Source: a virus
Taxonomy: Duplodnaviria; Caudoviricetes
Strand: one strand, 5' to 3'
Virus record (IMG/VR): IMGVR_UViG_2910942425_000008
Coordinates: 1-64,000 of that record
DNA: 64,000 nt
Part shown: in pieces, positions 1-9,909 of the stretch
Numbering within the stretch: the first letter of the stretch is position 1
How the letters are laid out: every line of letters begins with the position of its first letter
Position numbers and translations under genes: made by a program
Notes under the pieces: generated by a model
What the model was told of the DNA's origin: nothing
What the model saw: only the letters and a program-made list of their open reading frames with translations
The model's database searches: none

Positions 1-159
1 GTTTACAACATCTGTATAGTTAAGTTTTAGCTTAAGGGCTGCTTTGGTATCTTCGGGCATGCCTTTGGCGACATAGATTTCTCCGTTACGGCGAAAACCG
101 CAAAGAATAGCCGTTGAAGCGTCTATGATAGCAAAAAGATACTCACTATTCGATATAAT
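1..159 (+). repeat. Direct repeat copy 1 (cut by the window start), shared CotH tail-fibre module
   Basis: 152/159 nt identical to 56558-56716; first 93 nt identical. Confidence 0.97.
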
Positions 160-708
160 ACGTAAGCATTGTGAAGCCTGTAAATCTATATCTTCTTTTT
201 TTACATATTCCCCTAAGTATAACTCAGGGGTAGGGGCTGCTTGTCCTGTGCTAATCCATATTCCATCACTTTTGCATTCATACATGATTCCTGCTACATT
301 AGCATTATCCCCAGCAACAGGAGATGGATGCGCTTCTATCAATGCCTCTTCTGTAGAAAAATATCCTTTATCGTGCTGTTTTGTGTCTTTATAATCTTCA
401 AATTCAGTTTTATCAAGTTTTCCCTCTTTTAAATCTTCTACTTCCGAATTGGTTGTGTTTAATGCAAATTGGTCGGCTTTGGTCGATTTTAATGTGTTAA
501 TATCTTTTCGTACAATTTCTAATTCTTTGTTTTCGGCTTTACTTCTTAGCTTTTTATCAACCTCATCTTCTGTTATAAGATTGCCTAATGGATAAGCCTT
601 ATCATTTCCGACACTATCATAGCCAATAGCATGAAATCCTTCTTTTTGTTCGGTAATTGTTATGTCTGTGATTTCCTTAAATTCCAGATTTTCAATATTT
701 GTTACCAT
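1..708 (-). CDS. Tail fibre/appendage protein, N-terminal 236 aa (runs off the left edge; probably a CotH-domain paralog of 54779-57118)
   Basis: Hand-translated open frame from ATG at 708 (MVTNIENLEFKEIT...) with no stop to position 1; follows Dit; last about 53 codons nearly identical to the CotH gene. Confidence 0.85.
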   Translation of the reverse strand, partial: MVTNIENLEFKEITDITITEQKEGFHAIGYDSVGNDKAYPLGNLITEDEVDKKLRSKAENKELEIVRKDINTLKSTKADQFALNTTNSEVEDLKEGKLDKTEFEDYKDTKQHDKGYFSTEEALIEAHPSPVAGDNANVAGIMYECKSDGIWISTGQAAPTPELYLGEYVKKEDIDLQASQCLRIISNSEYLFAIIDASTAILCGFRRNGEIYVAKGMPEDTKAALKLKLNYTDVVN

Positions 709-717
709 ATTATTATT

Positions 718-1221
718 CTATTTTGTTGTTAATATTTTACCTTGTAATGTGAGAACTTTGCCAAGGGATGATAATACATAAGCCGTAAGAAGGGTGCTTT
801 GCCTGTTGGCCGGATTGGGTTCATTCAACCGTACAGAAAATTTGCCTTCACGAAATCCGATTCCGGATGAAAGGCTTAAAAAACCATTCTCCGGCAGGTA
901 AACTCTATAAATTGTCGAAAGAGGAATTACCTTCAATTCAAATAATCCTTTTCTCATTTCGGCTATAAGAGAATGATATTTATTAAAATAATCTTGTTTT
1001 GAATCACAGGTTATACAAAACATAAGCTGTACATTCCGATCCGCTTGCTTTGGATTCGAGAAAAAGATTTGTTTTCCTGACTGACTACGTGAATTATTCT
1101 CTATATATGCTTTTTGTCCAGCAGGAAGAAGTAAATTATCATACGAATCATCAACCAGCATGGCCGACCATGTTAGCCAGGCATCTTTTCCGTTTATGTA
1201 TAATAGATTGTCTTTTCTCAT
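718..1221 (-). CDS. Distal tail protein (Dit)-like
   Basis: Directly downstream of TMP; YINGKDAW...F...EPNP pattern typical of Bacteroidetes siphophages. Confidence 0.7.
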   Translation of the reverse strand: MRKDNLLYINGKDAWLTWSAMLVDDSYDNLLLPAGQKAYIENNSRSQSGKQIFFSNPKQADRNVQLMFCITCDSKQDYFNKYHSLIAEMRKGLFELKVIPLSTIYRVYLPENGFLSLSSGIGFREGKFSVRLNEPNPANRQSTLLTAYVLSSLGKVLTLQGKILTTK

Positions 1222-1223
1222 GA

Positions 1224-4200
1224 CTAATTAAGCTTTTTGTTTAGTTCACCCATCTTATCATTGATATCATACAACTGCTTGGTATTAGTGTTAATGTCTT
1301 TTAGTTCATAATAAGAATTAATAGCAATATTTCTGTTTTCCTCTATCATACGTTCTATTCGTAAAGAAGATTCATTTAAAGATAGCATCGGGACTGACAT
1401 AGAACTAAAACTTAACTTATCGCTGACAGGTTGGTTCCATTGGGCTATATGTTTTACATTTTCATCTATGGATATTAAACTCATTTGCATAGCTGTGAAA
1501 CGCCCTTCTAAAGCGTCTCCAGTATCTTGTGACATCGTTTCAAATCTTCCGGATGATGCTTGTTGAGATGTTGAATTGTCGTTTAAATCTAATCCTAAAG
1601 TATCTAAAGTAATTCCTAATTTATCACTAGCTTCCTTTATAACCTTATTGAATTCTTCACTCCAGTCTTTTACTGCATTTTTATCTATTTCATCAACAAG
1701 GAATATATCTGTGAGTTTATCATATAATGGTTCTAACGCACCTGCAAGAATCTTATATTTAAATGAAGACAATACAGCCTTTTTTAGCGTATCCTCCGTA
1801 AAGTCTCCCAATTCGGAAACCCCCATCATCATGCTTTCAATGGCCGACATAGCATCACCGAGAAATCCATCGAACGAATTACCTGTAGCAAACTCATCCA
1901 TCTGCTGGCTTAATTCAACAATCTGTTCTCCTAATTGGAGAGTTTCGTCTTTTGCGCTGCTTAATTGTTCAGCCAAATCACCAACTCCTGAAACTCCTGC
2001 AGCAGAAAGTCTTCTTAAGGCTTCCGTAGTATCTATTGTGCCATTTTTCCAATCTTTAAGGACAGGGACTATAGTTTTGCCCCAATTCCCGATTTTTCCT
2101 GCAACACCGTCTGCAAAATCATTATATGCTCCATTCAGAATATCATTTGCTTTTTTATTCAGATTATCAAAATCTTTTTGTGCAGCTAATATATTTTCGT
2201 CCAGAACCTCCGATTGCCTGTTCAGAGCCTCCCATACCGTATAATCCGTATCAGAAATAAAACCTTTCTCAACCAGCCAATACAATGCTTCCAGATTATC
2301 ACGGAAGGCACGGGCATAATCTATTGAGCTTATCAGGTCGTAATTCTGCTGGCGCAGCGAAATATTATATTCTTGCTGCAGTTTTAGCAGTTCACGCTTG
2401 ATTTGAGCTTCTTGTTCTCCCTTATTAAGTATTCCGGATATAAATCCTGAAACGATGCTTAGTCCTGCAGAAGCTGCCCCCAAATAGTCGCCAGAAGCAA
2501 ATGAAGCTATACCTGATACAGCATCACTTAATATACTTAAATCAGTTCCAGTAATTTCACCTAAAGAATTTGCTACCTCAGAAACTATATCTGCTATTTC
2601 TCTTAATTTTTGACCCTCTGTTTTTTTTAATTCTTTATTTAAAATCTTTAATTGGATGTAAGCTTCCCTTAATTGTCTGGCTAATTCATCATTATTTGGG
2701 TCTTGGAATACCTGCTTTTCAAGATTATTAAATATCTTTTTTTGGTCAGATATTTGCTGTTTTAGGGATGCTGCCTGCTTATCTGATTCAAATACATATC
2801 TATCATTTATTAAATCCTGCCATTTCTGATTGTACTGCGCTTCAAATTCAAGTTGTTTTTGAGTAGATTGAAGCCTTACTAGCCGAACTTCCTTATCCCT
2901 ATTATTTGTCAATAACCTCTCGTCCTCAGAGCCTTTTTTAACAAGTTTTAATCGTTCGGTATAATGAGAATTTATATCAGCGATCTGTTGTTGTAACTGT
3001 GAGGCAAAGCGCAAACGTTCTTCCTGAATGAATGTATTATATTCTTTGGATATCTCATTGTTCGCGTTGGCATACGATTTTTTAGCAACATCTTTTAATG
3101 CATTAACCTGCGTTGTTAGAGCTTCATTGCTAAGTTCAGATGGTAACTTAGATTTATCAAATGTAGCAAAATTAAAACCTTCACTTGATCCTGTTTCACT
3201 CACATATATTTGTTTAGCTGTCTCCTGTTGTGCTTTGTATTTATTGGCTTCAAATTCAGCTATAGAAAGAAGCTCTTTTTTATGATTCAGTTCATTTTGC
3301 TTTCGCCGTTTATCGAAGCTGTCTTGCTCAACATCCAATTGCTTTTGTTCCAATTCTAAAGAAGTTTTTATTTGTTCATTGCTTAACTCTTTCTGTTTGT
3401 TTAATAGCCATTGTTGAGCCTCAATACGTTTTTTTGCGGCAGATTCCCCGGATCGTTGAGATTTACCAGAGAAATCCCAAATACCTAATTTTACCTTTGA
3501 TGTATTTAGTTTATTTACCTGTTTTTTCCATTCTTTTGAGCCCTTTTCGGTTTCATCCATTAGCGCTAGAGCATCTTCTGCATCTTTTTTCTCTTTCTCC
3601 CAAAAAGATTTATTTTTTGTAACAGGTTTATTCGAAAGTTTATTTTTTGTATCTTCAATTTTAAATAAAATGTCACCCAACTGATTGTTCAGAGTCACAA
3701 ATAACGGATTGAATTTATTCCATTCATCTTTAACACTACTTATTTGTGGTATCTGCTTTTCAATTAATGATTTTTGATCCTCTAGTTTTTTTAATTGCTC
3801 TTCAAGTACTTTTTTTCGCTCGTATTCTGGCAAAGACATAAGTTCAGCTTCTTTTCTGGCTTCTTCTCTTTTGTCTTTTTCATCTTTCAATAATTTTAAT
3901 GTATTTCTTAACGTATTTCTTACATATTCGGCTGATGCACCTTCAATCTCAAGTTCTTTGCTTATTTCTTTTAAGACAGCTACACTTTCGTTTACTCCCT
4001 TTAATCCTGTTCCGCTACTCGTGCTAAGTTTATCCAGTATTTGAGTATATTTGGTTATAGTTTCATTTATAACATCCCCTGATAGCTCAAAAGCAGATTG
4101 ATCTATTATCTGTTGCTGTTCTTTTAAAGACAGATTCTTAAATTCTGAAAAAGATTTATTCCCTAAATATTTTTGATGTTCTTTTTGTAATTCTTTATAA

Positions 4201-5534
4201 GCGAGTATTTGTTCATGTATAGATTTAGTTTCTGAATTTATAATATTGATTAGTTCAGAAGATTTACTTCCAAGTTCATCTTTTTTTGATTTAGCTTCGT
4301 TTACTATTTTGTTTAGATTATTTTGAGCACTTTCCTGAGCTGTAGTTGCATCATTAAGTGCCCATACAGTAACAACTAATCCAGTTATAGCCGTAGCCAT
4401 TAATACATACGGATTTATTGACATTGTCGCAGTAACAGCTTGCCATATTTTTTGCACTCTGGCAAGTACAGCCCCTAATTGGAATTGTGTTGTAGCTAAT
4501 GACTGAGTAGCTATTGCATTTACGATTAATGCTGTACGATATATTCCATAAGTGGCAACTAATCCGACTAATATTTTACCAACTTTCTCATAGTTTTCAA
4601 CAAGAGTATTTATGCCATCTATAGATTTGTAAATAATACCTTCGCTATCTTTCCCTATCTGATTAAATATAGAATCTATATTATCTTTTAAAGCTTCCAA
4701 TCGACCCCCGATAGATGCAGATTGCTGCTCCATCAATCCTCCATATAAGCCGCCCTGAGCTGTCATGTTTTTGAAAGCCTGCTCAATCTCCTTGAATCCT
4801 ACCTTACCGGCAGATACAAAATCATTTACTTTATCTTTCGAAGTACTGAGAACTTTTGCCAATTCATCATAAATAGGAATACCGCGCCCGGCAAACTGGC
4901 GGATATCCATTAAATAAGCGCGCCCCTGCGTTCTTAGTGTTCCATACAAGTAAACAAGATCATTTAATTGTTGACCTGTACCGGCTGCCACATCTCCGAG
5001 CATAGTCATCTCTTTAATGACAGTTTCAGCCGTTGAGCCGTAAGCAAGAAGCTGTTTTGCTCCTGATGCTGCCGATTGCAATCCGAATGGAGTCTCAGCG
5101 GCAAACTTAGTAAGGTCTTTCATCAAGACGGCTGCTTTCTCTTCGCTTTTCAGCATGGTGCCGAAAGCAATCTCCAGTTGTTGAAACTGATTACGAACAT
5201 TGATGATTTCCGATCCTAAATCTTTTATCTTATCCAGCCCGAAGGTAATACCGGCTAAAGCAGCACCTTTTTTAATATAATTCAATAAACTATTGGAGGC
5301 GTTATCGGTAGCTTTCGATGCCCTGTTTTGCTGCGACACATATTGCTGTATTTCAGTCGTTAACTTGTTGTATCTGATGGTTGATTGCTGCAATTCATTA
5401 TTAAGCCTATCATATAGTCTAGTATTATCTTGCCTTCTCATACCTTGCAAGGTTGCCTTTAGCTCCTCCATCCTCTTCCTAAGGTTAATAACCTCTTGGG
5501 CGTTAGCCTTTATATTGATTGCCGATACTGCCAT
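1224..5534 (-). CDS. Tail tape measure protein (1436 aa)
   Basis: Long helical/coiled-coil protein with a TMP domain (FQQLEIAFGTML...FAAETPF...GIPIY) in the tail operon. Confidence 0.93.
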   Translation of the reverse strand: MAVSAINIKANAQEVINLRKRMEELKATLQGMRRQDNTRLYDRLNNELQQSTIRYNKLTTEIQQYVSQQNRASKATDNASNSLLNYIKKGAALAGITFGLDKIKDLGSEIINVRNQFQQLEIAFGTMLKSEEKAAVLMKDLTKFAAETPFGLQSAASGAKQLLAYGSTAETVIKEMTMLGDVAAGTGQQLNDLVYLYGTLRTQGRAYLMDIRQFAGRGIPIYDELAKVLSTSKDKVNDFVSAGKVGFKEIEQAFKNMTAQGGLYGGLMEQQSASIGGRLEALKDNIDSIFNQIGKDSEGIIYKSIDGINTLVENYEKVGKILVGLVATYGIYRTALIVNAIATQSLATTQFQLGAVLARVQKIWQAVTATMSINPYVLMATAITGLVVTVWALNDATTAQESAQNNLNKIVNEAKSKKDELGSKSSELINIINSETKSIHEQILAYKELQKEHQKYLGNKSFSEFKNLSLKEQQQIIDQSAFELSGDVINETITKYTQILDKLSTSSGTGLKGVNESVAVLKEISKELEIEGASAEYVRNTLRNTLKLLKDEKDKREEARKEAELMSLPEYERKKVLEEQLKKLEDQKSLIEKQIPQISSVKDEWNKFNPLFVTLNNQLGDILFKIEDTKNKLSNKPVTKNKSFWEKEKKDAEDALALMDETEKGSKEWKKQVNKLNTSKVKLGIWDFSGKSQRSGESAAKKRIEAQQWLLNKQKELSNEQIKTSLELEQKQLDVEQDSFDKRRKQNELNHKKELLSIAEFEANKYKAQQETAKQIYVSETGSSEGFNFATFDKSKLPSELSNEALTTQVNALKDVAKKSYANANNEISKEYNTFIQEERLRFASQLQQQIADINSHYTERLKLVKKGSEDERLLTNNRDKEVRLVRLQSTQKQLEFEAQYNQKWQDLINDRYVFESDKQAASLKQQISDQKKIFNNLEKQVFQDPNNDELARQLREAYIQLKILNKELKKTEGQKLREIADIVSEVANSLGEITGTDLSILSDAVSGIASFASGDYLGAASAGLSIVSGFISGILNKGEQEAQIKRELLKLQQEYNISLRQQNYDLISSIDYARAFRDNLEALYWLVEKGFISDTDYTVWEALNRQSEVLDENILAAQKDFDNLNKKANDILNGAYNDFADGVAGKIGNWGKTIVPVLKDWKNGTIDTTEALRRLSAAGVSGVGDLAEQLSSAKDETLQLGEQIVELSQQMDEFATGNSFDGFLGDAMSAIESMMMGVSELGDFTEDTLKKAVLSSFKYKILAGALEPLYDKLTDIFLVDEIDKNAVKDWSEEFNKVIKEASDKLGITLDTLGLDLNDNSTSQQASSGRFETMSQDTGDALEGRFTAMQMSLISIDENVKHIAQWNQPVSDKLSFSSMSVPMLSLNESSLRIERMIEENRNIAINSYYELKDINTNTKQLYDINDKMGELNKKLN

Positions 5535-5537
5535 ATT

Positions 5538-5918
5538 TTATATTTTTCTTGCTTCTGATTCTGCCTTCAAAAACCCACTACTAACCACGTCGTAACCTTT
5601 TCCCTCTACATAGGTGCAATACTCCATTCCGTTACCACACACAAGCTCTAATCCTATTCCAGTGATATAGTTATCTAAGAATTCGCCAGTTATAGACGAT
5701 CCGATGCTTTGGAATAATACTCTTCCATCTTTATAAAGCCTGTAAGAATTAGCATTTCGTAGATTCCCTGTATGATCATCATAGCTTCCTTTTTGTCTGG
5801 CTGTGGCGACATATTGCTCACCTATGCGTTGCAAACGAAATATAAAACGCTGTTCATAAGCTTCTATTTCTTTTAGGGTATCATCTAATCCGTTTAGGTC
5901 TATATCAATGTTTATCAT
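5538..5918 (-). CDS. HK97 gp10-like tail completion protein
   Basis: YDDHTGNLRNA and GMEYCTYVEGKGYDVVS motifs. Confidence 0.7.
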   Translation of the reverse strand: MINIDIDLNGLDDTLKEIEAYEQRFIFRLQRIGEQYVATARQKGSYDDHTGNLRNANSYRLYKDGRVLFQSIGSSITGEFLDNYITGIGLELVCGNGMEYCTYVEGKGYDVVSSGFLKAESEARKI

Positions 5919-6148
5919 CCTTTTATTCTGTTTCCCGCAATTTCCCTACTGCTCGATTGCCTTATTATATCTCCTGTAGACTCTCTTTGCTTATCTGCTT
6001 GCATCATTACCAAATTTCGATAGGGTATCAATTCAAAAACTTCCTTGTATGACAGATGAAGACTATCCATAAAAGAGGATATCTGGCCGAACATCGTATC
6101 ACCCCCTATTATTTGGGTCTTGCTATTATTTTTGCTGCGCTCAAGCAC
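5915..6148 (-). CDS. Tail assembly chaperone, T-frame (GT) portion
   Basis: Lies in the -1 frame of 6109-6525 and overlaps it; GQISSFMDSLHLSY...IPYRNL motif. Confidence 0.65.
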   Translation of the reverse strand: MLERSKNNSKTQIIGGDTMFGQISSFMDSLHLSYKEVFELIPYRNLVMMQADKQRESTGDIIRQSSSREIAGNRIKG

Positions 6149-6525
6149 CCTTGCGCACTTCGAAAAACCTTTTCCTTGTCTATCAGGCTTAAAATGGTGT
6201 CAACCGCAAAGTCTAATTCCTCTTGTGTTACGCTTGGCTCATTATTTACCCATTCGTTATAAATTTTATCAGAATAAATAGTGTCTCCAGCAATAAACTT
6301 GCTGATACCTTTAAGTTGACGTTTTGCATTTTCAGGAATTTGGATAGCTAATGATAAGTTAGTTTGTTCTTTGAGATTCAAATCTATCTTAGCCCATTCA
6401 TTCAGGCCTAAACACATTATTTTTATTGTTGGGGGCTTAATCTCATACGCTTTGCCACAGATGAATATAGTTTTTGAATCTAACCCGAGGAGAGCTTCAG
6501 ATACTAATTGAGCCGCTTCGTTCAT
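6109..6525 (-). CDS. Tail assembly chaperone G
   Basis: Follows the tail tube gene; start moved to MNEAA because the ORF-track start lies inside a terminator. Confidence 0.7.
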   Translation of the reverse strand: MNEAAQLVSEALLGLDSKTIFICGKAYEIKPPTIKIMCLGLNEWAKIDLNLKEQTNLSLAIQIPENAKRQLKGISKFIAGDTIYSDKIYNEWVNNEPSVTQEELDFAVDTILSLIDKEKVFRSAQGCLSAAKIIARPK

Positions 6526-6536
6526 ATTCTTAAATA

Positions 6537-6572
6537 AAAAATGGCAGGCAGAAAACACCGCCTGCCATTTTA
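6537..6572 (-). terminator. Intrinsic terminator after the major tail gene
   Basis: AAAATGGCAGGC/GCCTGCCATTTT 12-bp stem followed by a U-rich tract on the minus strand. Confidence 0.75.
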
Positions 6573-6593
6573 GTTATACATCGTTATTTCTTG

Positions 6594-7166
6594 TTATGGA
6601 TTAGCAGCAGCGTCAACAGCAGATTTCATTACCCACGCCTCAGATTCAATGGCTATATCTGGCTCCAGAGCTGTAGCTTGAACTGAAATTGCAACGGCGT
6701 CATCAGTGGTAACACCTCCTGCAACTATATCTGCTTTCGGATAAACAATATAGCATCCATCTTCTGTTAATGCGACCAGAGTTAAACTTAATGGCGTATA
6801 CTGATCCGGAGCTGAATATTTTGTATCACTTGCTCCCCCACCTTCTAAAGCCGCTTTTGTTTCAAAATCGTATTTGCCGATAGAGAATGTTATTACAGAA
6901 TCTCCCGGATCATCTGTTGATCCTCGATAATTCTTACCTGTAAGCTTATTTTTATAATAAGACTTTGATGGTAGAGATTTCTCATAATTCCAATTATTTT
7001 CGTGAACATTCTTAACTTGTTTTGTTGTATCCAAAGCAAGGAAAGCTTTTAGTTCGGATGGTGATAATCCCGTGGTAGTATCACCATCTACATATGGAGT
7101 AGCTACAGTTGATAATGCAAGACCATAGTATATTTTCTTTACTCCTATTCCTGAAATTTCTGGCAT
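6594..7166 (-). CDS. Major tail (tube) protein
   Basis: Position in the operon; GVKKIYYG N-terminus, YDFETKAALEGG, FPKA-like YPKADI. Confidence 0.8.
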   Translation of the reverse strand: MPEISGIGVKKIYYGLALSTVATPYVDGDTTTGLSPSELKAFLALDTTKQVKNVHENNWNYEKSLPSKSYYKNKLTGKNYRGSTDDPGDSVITFSIGKYDFETKAALEGGGASDTKYSAPDQYTPLSLTLVALTEDGCYIVYPKADIVAGGVTTDDAVAISVQATALEPDIAIESEAWVMKSAVDAAANP

Positions 7167-7170
7167 AATT

Positions 7171-7593
7171 TTATAATTTAAAATTTTGATTTGTTACTTT
7201 TAATCTCACATTCAGAAAGTCACTCCATGTTTCGGAATCATCTTCCTGAACGATATCTTCTAATTTGTAATAGAGTGTTTGACCTTCGATCTCTATGAAT
7301 GTTCTTTTGTAGAATAATTCAGTACATACCCTTTCTAGTTCTGTCAATCGTGATGTATTGGGATATAATTCTGTGCCTGCTTTTATTTTAGGCACATAAA
7401 CGCATATTCTTGCATATGTTCCCTGCCAATCGCTATTATCAGTAGCATTAACAACAACTACAATCCTCTCCTTTACCGTTTGTTCGGTAACGGCTTTGTG
7501 CCTATCCTTTGATATTTCAGGGAACGCTCCCAAAATGTAATGAGCTTTAACCGCTTTGTACAGGATGGTTTTTATATCGTTGGTTGCTATCAT
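7171..7593 (-). CDS. Tail terminator/neck protein
   Basis: Position before the tube gene, size, and FLNVRL C-terminal strand. Confidence 0.6.
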   Translation of the reverse strand: MIATNDIKTILYKAVKAHYILGAFPEISKDRHKAVTEQTVKERIVVVVNATDNSDWQGTYARICVYVPKIKAGTELYPNTSRLTELERVCTELFYKRTFIEIEGQTLYYKLEDIVQEDDSETWSDFLNVRLKVTNQNFKL

Positions 7594-7919
7594 AGAAGAA
7601 TTTGAGTATAATTATTGCCCATATTACTTGTATGCTTGATGTCTACGATTGAGCCTATACCCCTAACGCTGTCATCTTTCTTTTCTCTAGCTTCTACTTT
7701 ATCCCCTAATTTCAAAGAATCATTTCTGTCAAGATTGATCTTCTTTGTGGCTTTTACGCCAACTCCGGCTAATCCGGCCTGTTCCTTAATCGAAATATCA
7801 TGTAAAAAGCAATCACACAGATATTCGGTTGAAGGCTCAGATGTATGCCAGTTGCCATCATCATCCTGATAAGATTCTCCTTCCTTATGGATATATAGTT
7901 TATGAGGCTTGAAATACAC
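7590..7919 (-). CDS. Head closure/head-tail adaptor
   Basis: Position and size; YQDDDGNW motif. Confidence 0.6.
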   Translation of the reverse strand: MYFKPHKLYIHKEGESYQDDDGNWHTSEPSTEYLCDCFLHDISIKEQAGLAGVGVKATKKINLDRNDSLKLGDKVEAREKKDDSVRGIGSIVDIKHTSNMGNNYTQILL

Positions 7920-8233
7920 TATAGAAAGGTTACAGTCGGTTTTTGATTCAATTCGTCTTTTATACCAAGTTGCTTACATAACCAAGCGTAATATTGAAGT
8001 ATGTCTTTAGTATCATATGATACAGAAAATCCACTTTCAGATATTGATTTTGCTCTAAGAAGTAATTGAGGGATAATAAACCGAACCATTGACAGGTAAA
8101 CAGATTTCCTGTTATCATTGGTCAGTTCAGAATCAACATCAACACCAGACAGAGCAACATCAGCAATATCAGCTTCGGAGAAATTTACTCCGAAAGGCTG
8201 AAATTTGCTTGTTATGTAATCTTTTACTGTCAT
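7919..8233 (-). CDS. Head-tail connector (DUF6706-like)
   Basis: Follows the MCP; SISESGFSVSYD motif. Confidence 0.65.
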   Translation of the reverse strand: MTVKDYITSKFQPFGVNFSEADIADVALSGVDVDSELTNDNRKSVYLSMVRFIIPQLLLRAKSISESGFSVSYDTKDILQYYAWLCKQLGIKDELNQKPTVTFL

Positions 8234-9306
8234 GAGAAGTTTGCAAGGTCAATGTTCACCATCTTATGAGGAGCTGCGATGTTTGGAATCCATTCAGCAC
8301 CGTACTCCATGAAACGACCTTCATCGGTTCTTACTTGAGATATATACATACCGCCTTCCGAACGTGTATAGGTTTTACCCGGTACAGGATCGCTCGCCTC
8401 ATAAGGTTCGTGCCACATCATCTTGCCGATCTTGTCGGCTTGTAAAAGAGTTATGCGTTTATCCGCAAATGTCGATACAGTTGTACCATCTGTTTTTGCG
8501 ACATATTCTTCTACTATTCGGACAGGAGGCAATCCAATTCCTGTGAACAACTGGTTAGCCATAGCATCAGTCATAAGACCGCCTGATTGTGCCAATTCAG
8601 CACTACCGAATATCATTTTGTAGTTAGTACCAAATTCGGATGCTCCGATGATATATTTATTAAAAGTTGAACGCGACATCTCAATTACAGAGAAAGCTCC
8701 GATAGTTGCGCGGAGGGATTCTATCAATTCTTTCAAGAATGAAATGAATTTAGCTTGCTCACCTACTTCCGGAGTTATAAACTTCATTGGAAGCTCGATA
8801 TCCAACAATTCAATGCCTTGTGGGTTATCAGCAAGTTTTACTTCTGCTTTGCCTGTTGAACGCAAAGAACCTACAACAATATCCATACGTTTATGAGGCG
8901 CAAGAAGAACTTGTCTCAAATCGTCTGTGATATAGTCTATAATGGCGTTCATAGCATCAATTTGGTCGGCTGTTTTTGCTTGATTGTATTTATCAATCAA
9001 AGATTTCAACTGATCCAAACGGTCGTTATCCATCTGATAGCGGTCACCCAAATAAGCAACCTCTCCGTAACCTTGCCCTAAAGCGCGGCGTTCGCGAAGT
9101 GGTTTGTTTGAGTTTCGGTCAATGATCGAACCGGCTGTAACACCTGTCACAGTACCAAGATAAGTCTTGAATGTACGCGACATTGTTTGTTCGAAGTCAA
9201 GATAACGCTTCCAATAGATGGTATCTAATCTTGTTTGCATTACCCTGTCAATTATCGCTTTAACGATATTAGGATCGTTGAATAATTTATCTAATGTCAA
9301 TTGCAT
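8230..9306 (-). CDS. Major capsid protein
   Basis: 358 aa, phage cap_E-like; follows scaffold and decoration genes. Confidence 0.85.
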   Translation of the reverse strand: MQLTLDKLFNDPNIVKAIIDRVMQTRLDTIYWKRYLDFEQTMSRTFKTYLGTVTGVTAGSIIDRNSNKPLRERRALGQGYGEVAYLGDRYQMDNDRLDQLKSLIDKYNQAKTADQIDAMNAIIDYITDDLRQVLLAPHKRMDIVVGSLRSTGKAEVKLADNPQGIELLDIELPMKFITPEVGEQAKFISFLKELIESLRATIGAFSVIEMSRSTFNKYIIGASEFGTNYKMIFGSAELAQSGGLMTDAMANQLFTGIGLPPVRIVEEYVAKTDGTTVSTFADKRITLLQADKIGKMMWHEPYEASDPVPGKTYTRSEGGMYISQVRTDEGRFMEYGAEWIPNIAAPHKMVNIDLANFS

Positions 9307-9316
9307 AGCTTATAAT

Positions 9317-9907
9317 TTATTGGGGTTGAAACATAAAATTATCACCAAGAGAAGCTTTATCTTTGTCCGAAATAGGAAGTTTGAGCTTGCTTTCTATGAT
9401 CTCGTAAGCACGTCCAACGGCTGTGATAGTCGCTCCCGGCTCTACCTTAGTACGTGCATAGTTCAGTTTGTTAGCTACGTTTTTAGGAGTTGATCCTCCT
9501 ACGGCTGTAGACTCAAAAAGAACCTGGTCTATTGTAACTGCTGCTCCGATTGTAGCACCGACAGTTATAAGGTCGTAATCTGCATTTGTCTTATCAATGG
9601 CTGTTACCTCTGCGCCTTTTGAACCTGTTCCTAGAAACATACCCACAGAAACCAGGGAGTTTTTAGCAATCTTGTATTCTGTGGCGGTAGCAGTAGCGGC
9701 TTCTACTATGGTAACATTCTTAACAACCTTTACTTTTCTAGTGGCGAAATCCACTGCAATAGGAGCTAATACCGGAATGATAGAACCTTCGACCAAAGAA
9801 GAATCATCCAAATTGAAACCTCCCGAATGACGGAAGACTGTTTCAAAACGGCAAAGTTCTTCGATTACCGGTTCTGCATTCAGGTTATACTTAAATCCTG
9901 CTGGCAT
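9317..9907 (-). CDS. Head decoration protein
   Basis: Between scaffold and MCP; GGFNLD motif. Confidence 0.65.
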   Translation of the reverse strand: MPAGFKYNLNAEPVIEELCRFETVFRHSGGFNLDDSSLVEGSIIPVLAPIAVDFATRKVKVVKNVTIVEAATATATEYKIAKNSLVSVGMFLGTGSKGAEVTAIDKTNADYDLITVGATIGAAVTIDQVLFESTAVGGSTPKNVANKLNYARTKVEPGATITAVGRAYEIIESKLKLPISDKDKASLGDNFMFQPQ

Positions 9908-9909
9908 AA

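Noticed and set aside
1576-2244. 222-aa plus-strand ORF and many other antisense ORFs in the track
   Set aside because: Antisense shadows of clear minus-strand genes with no motifs.
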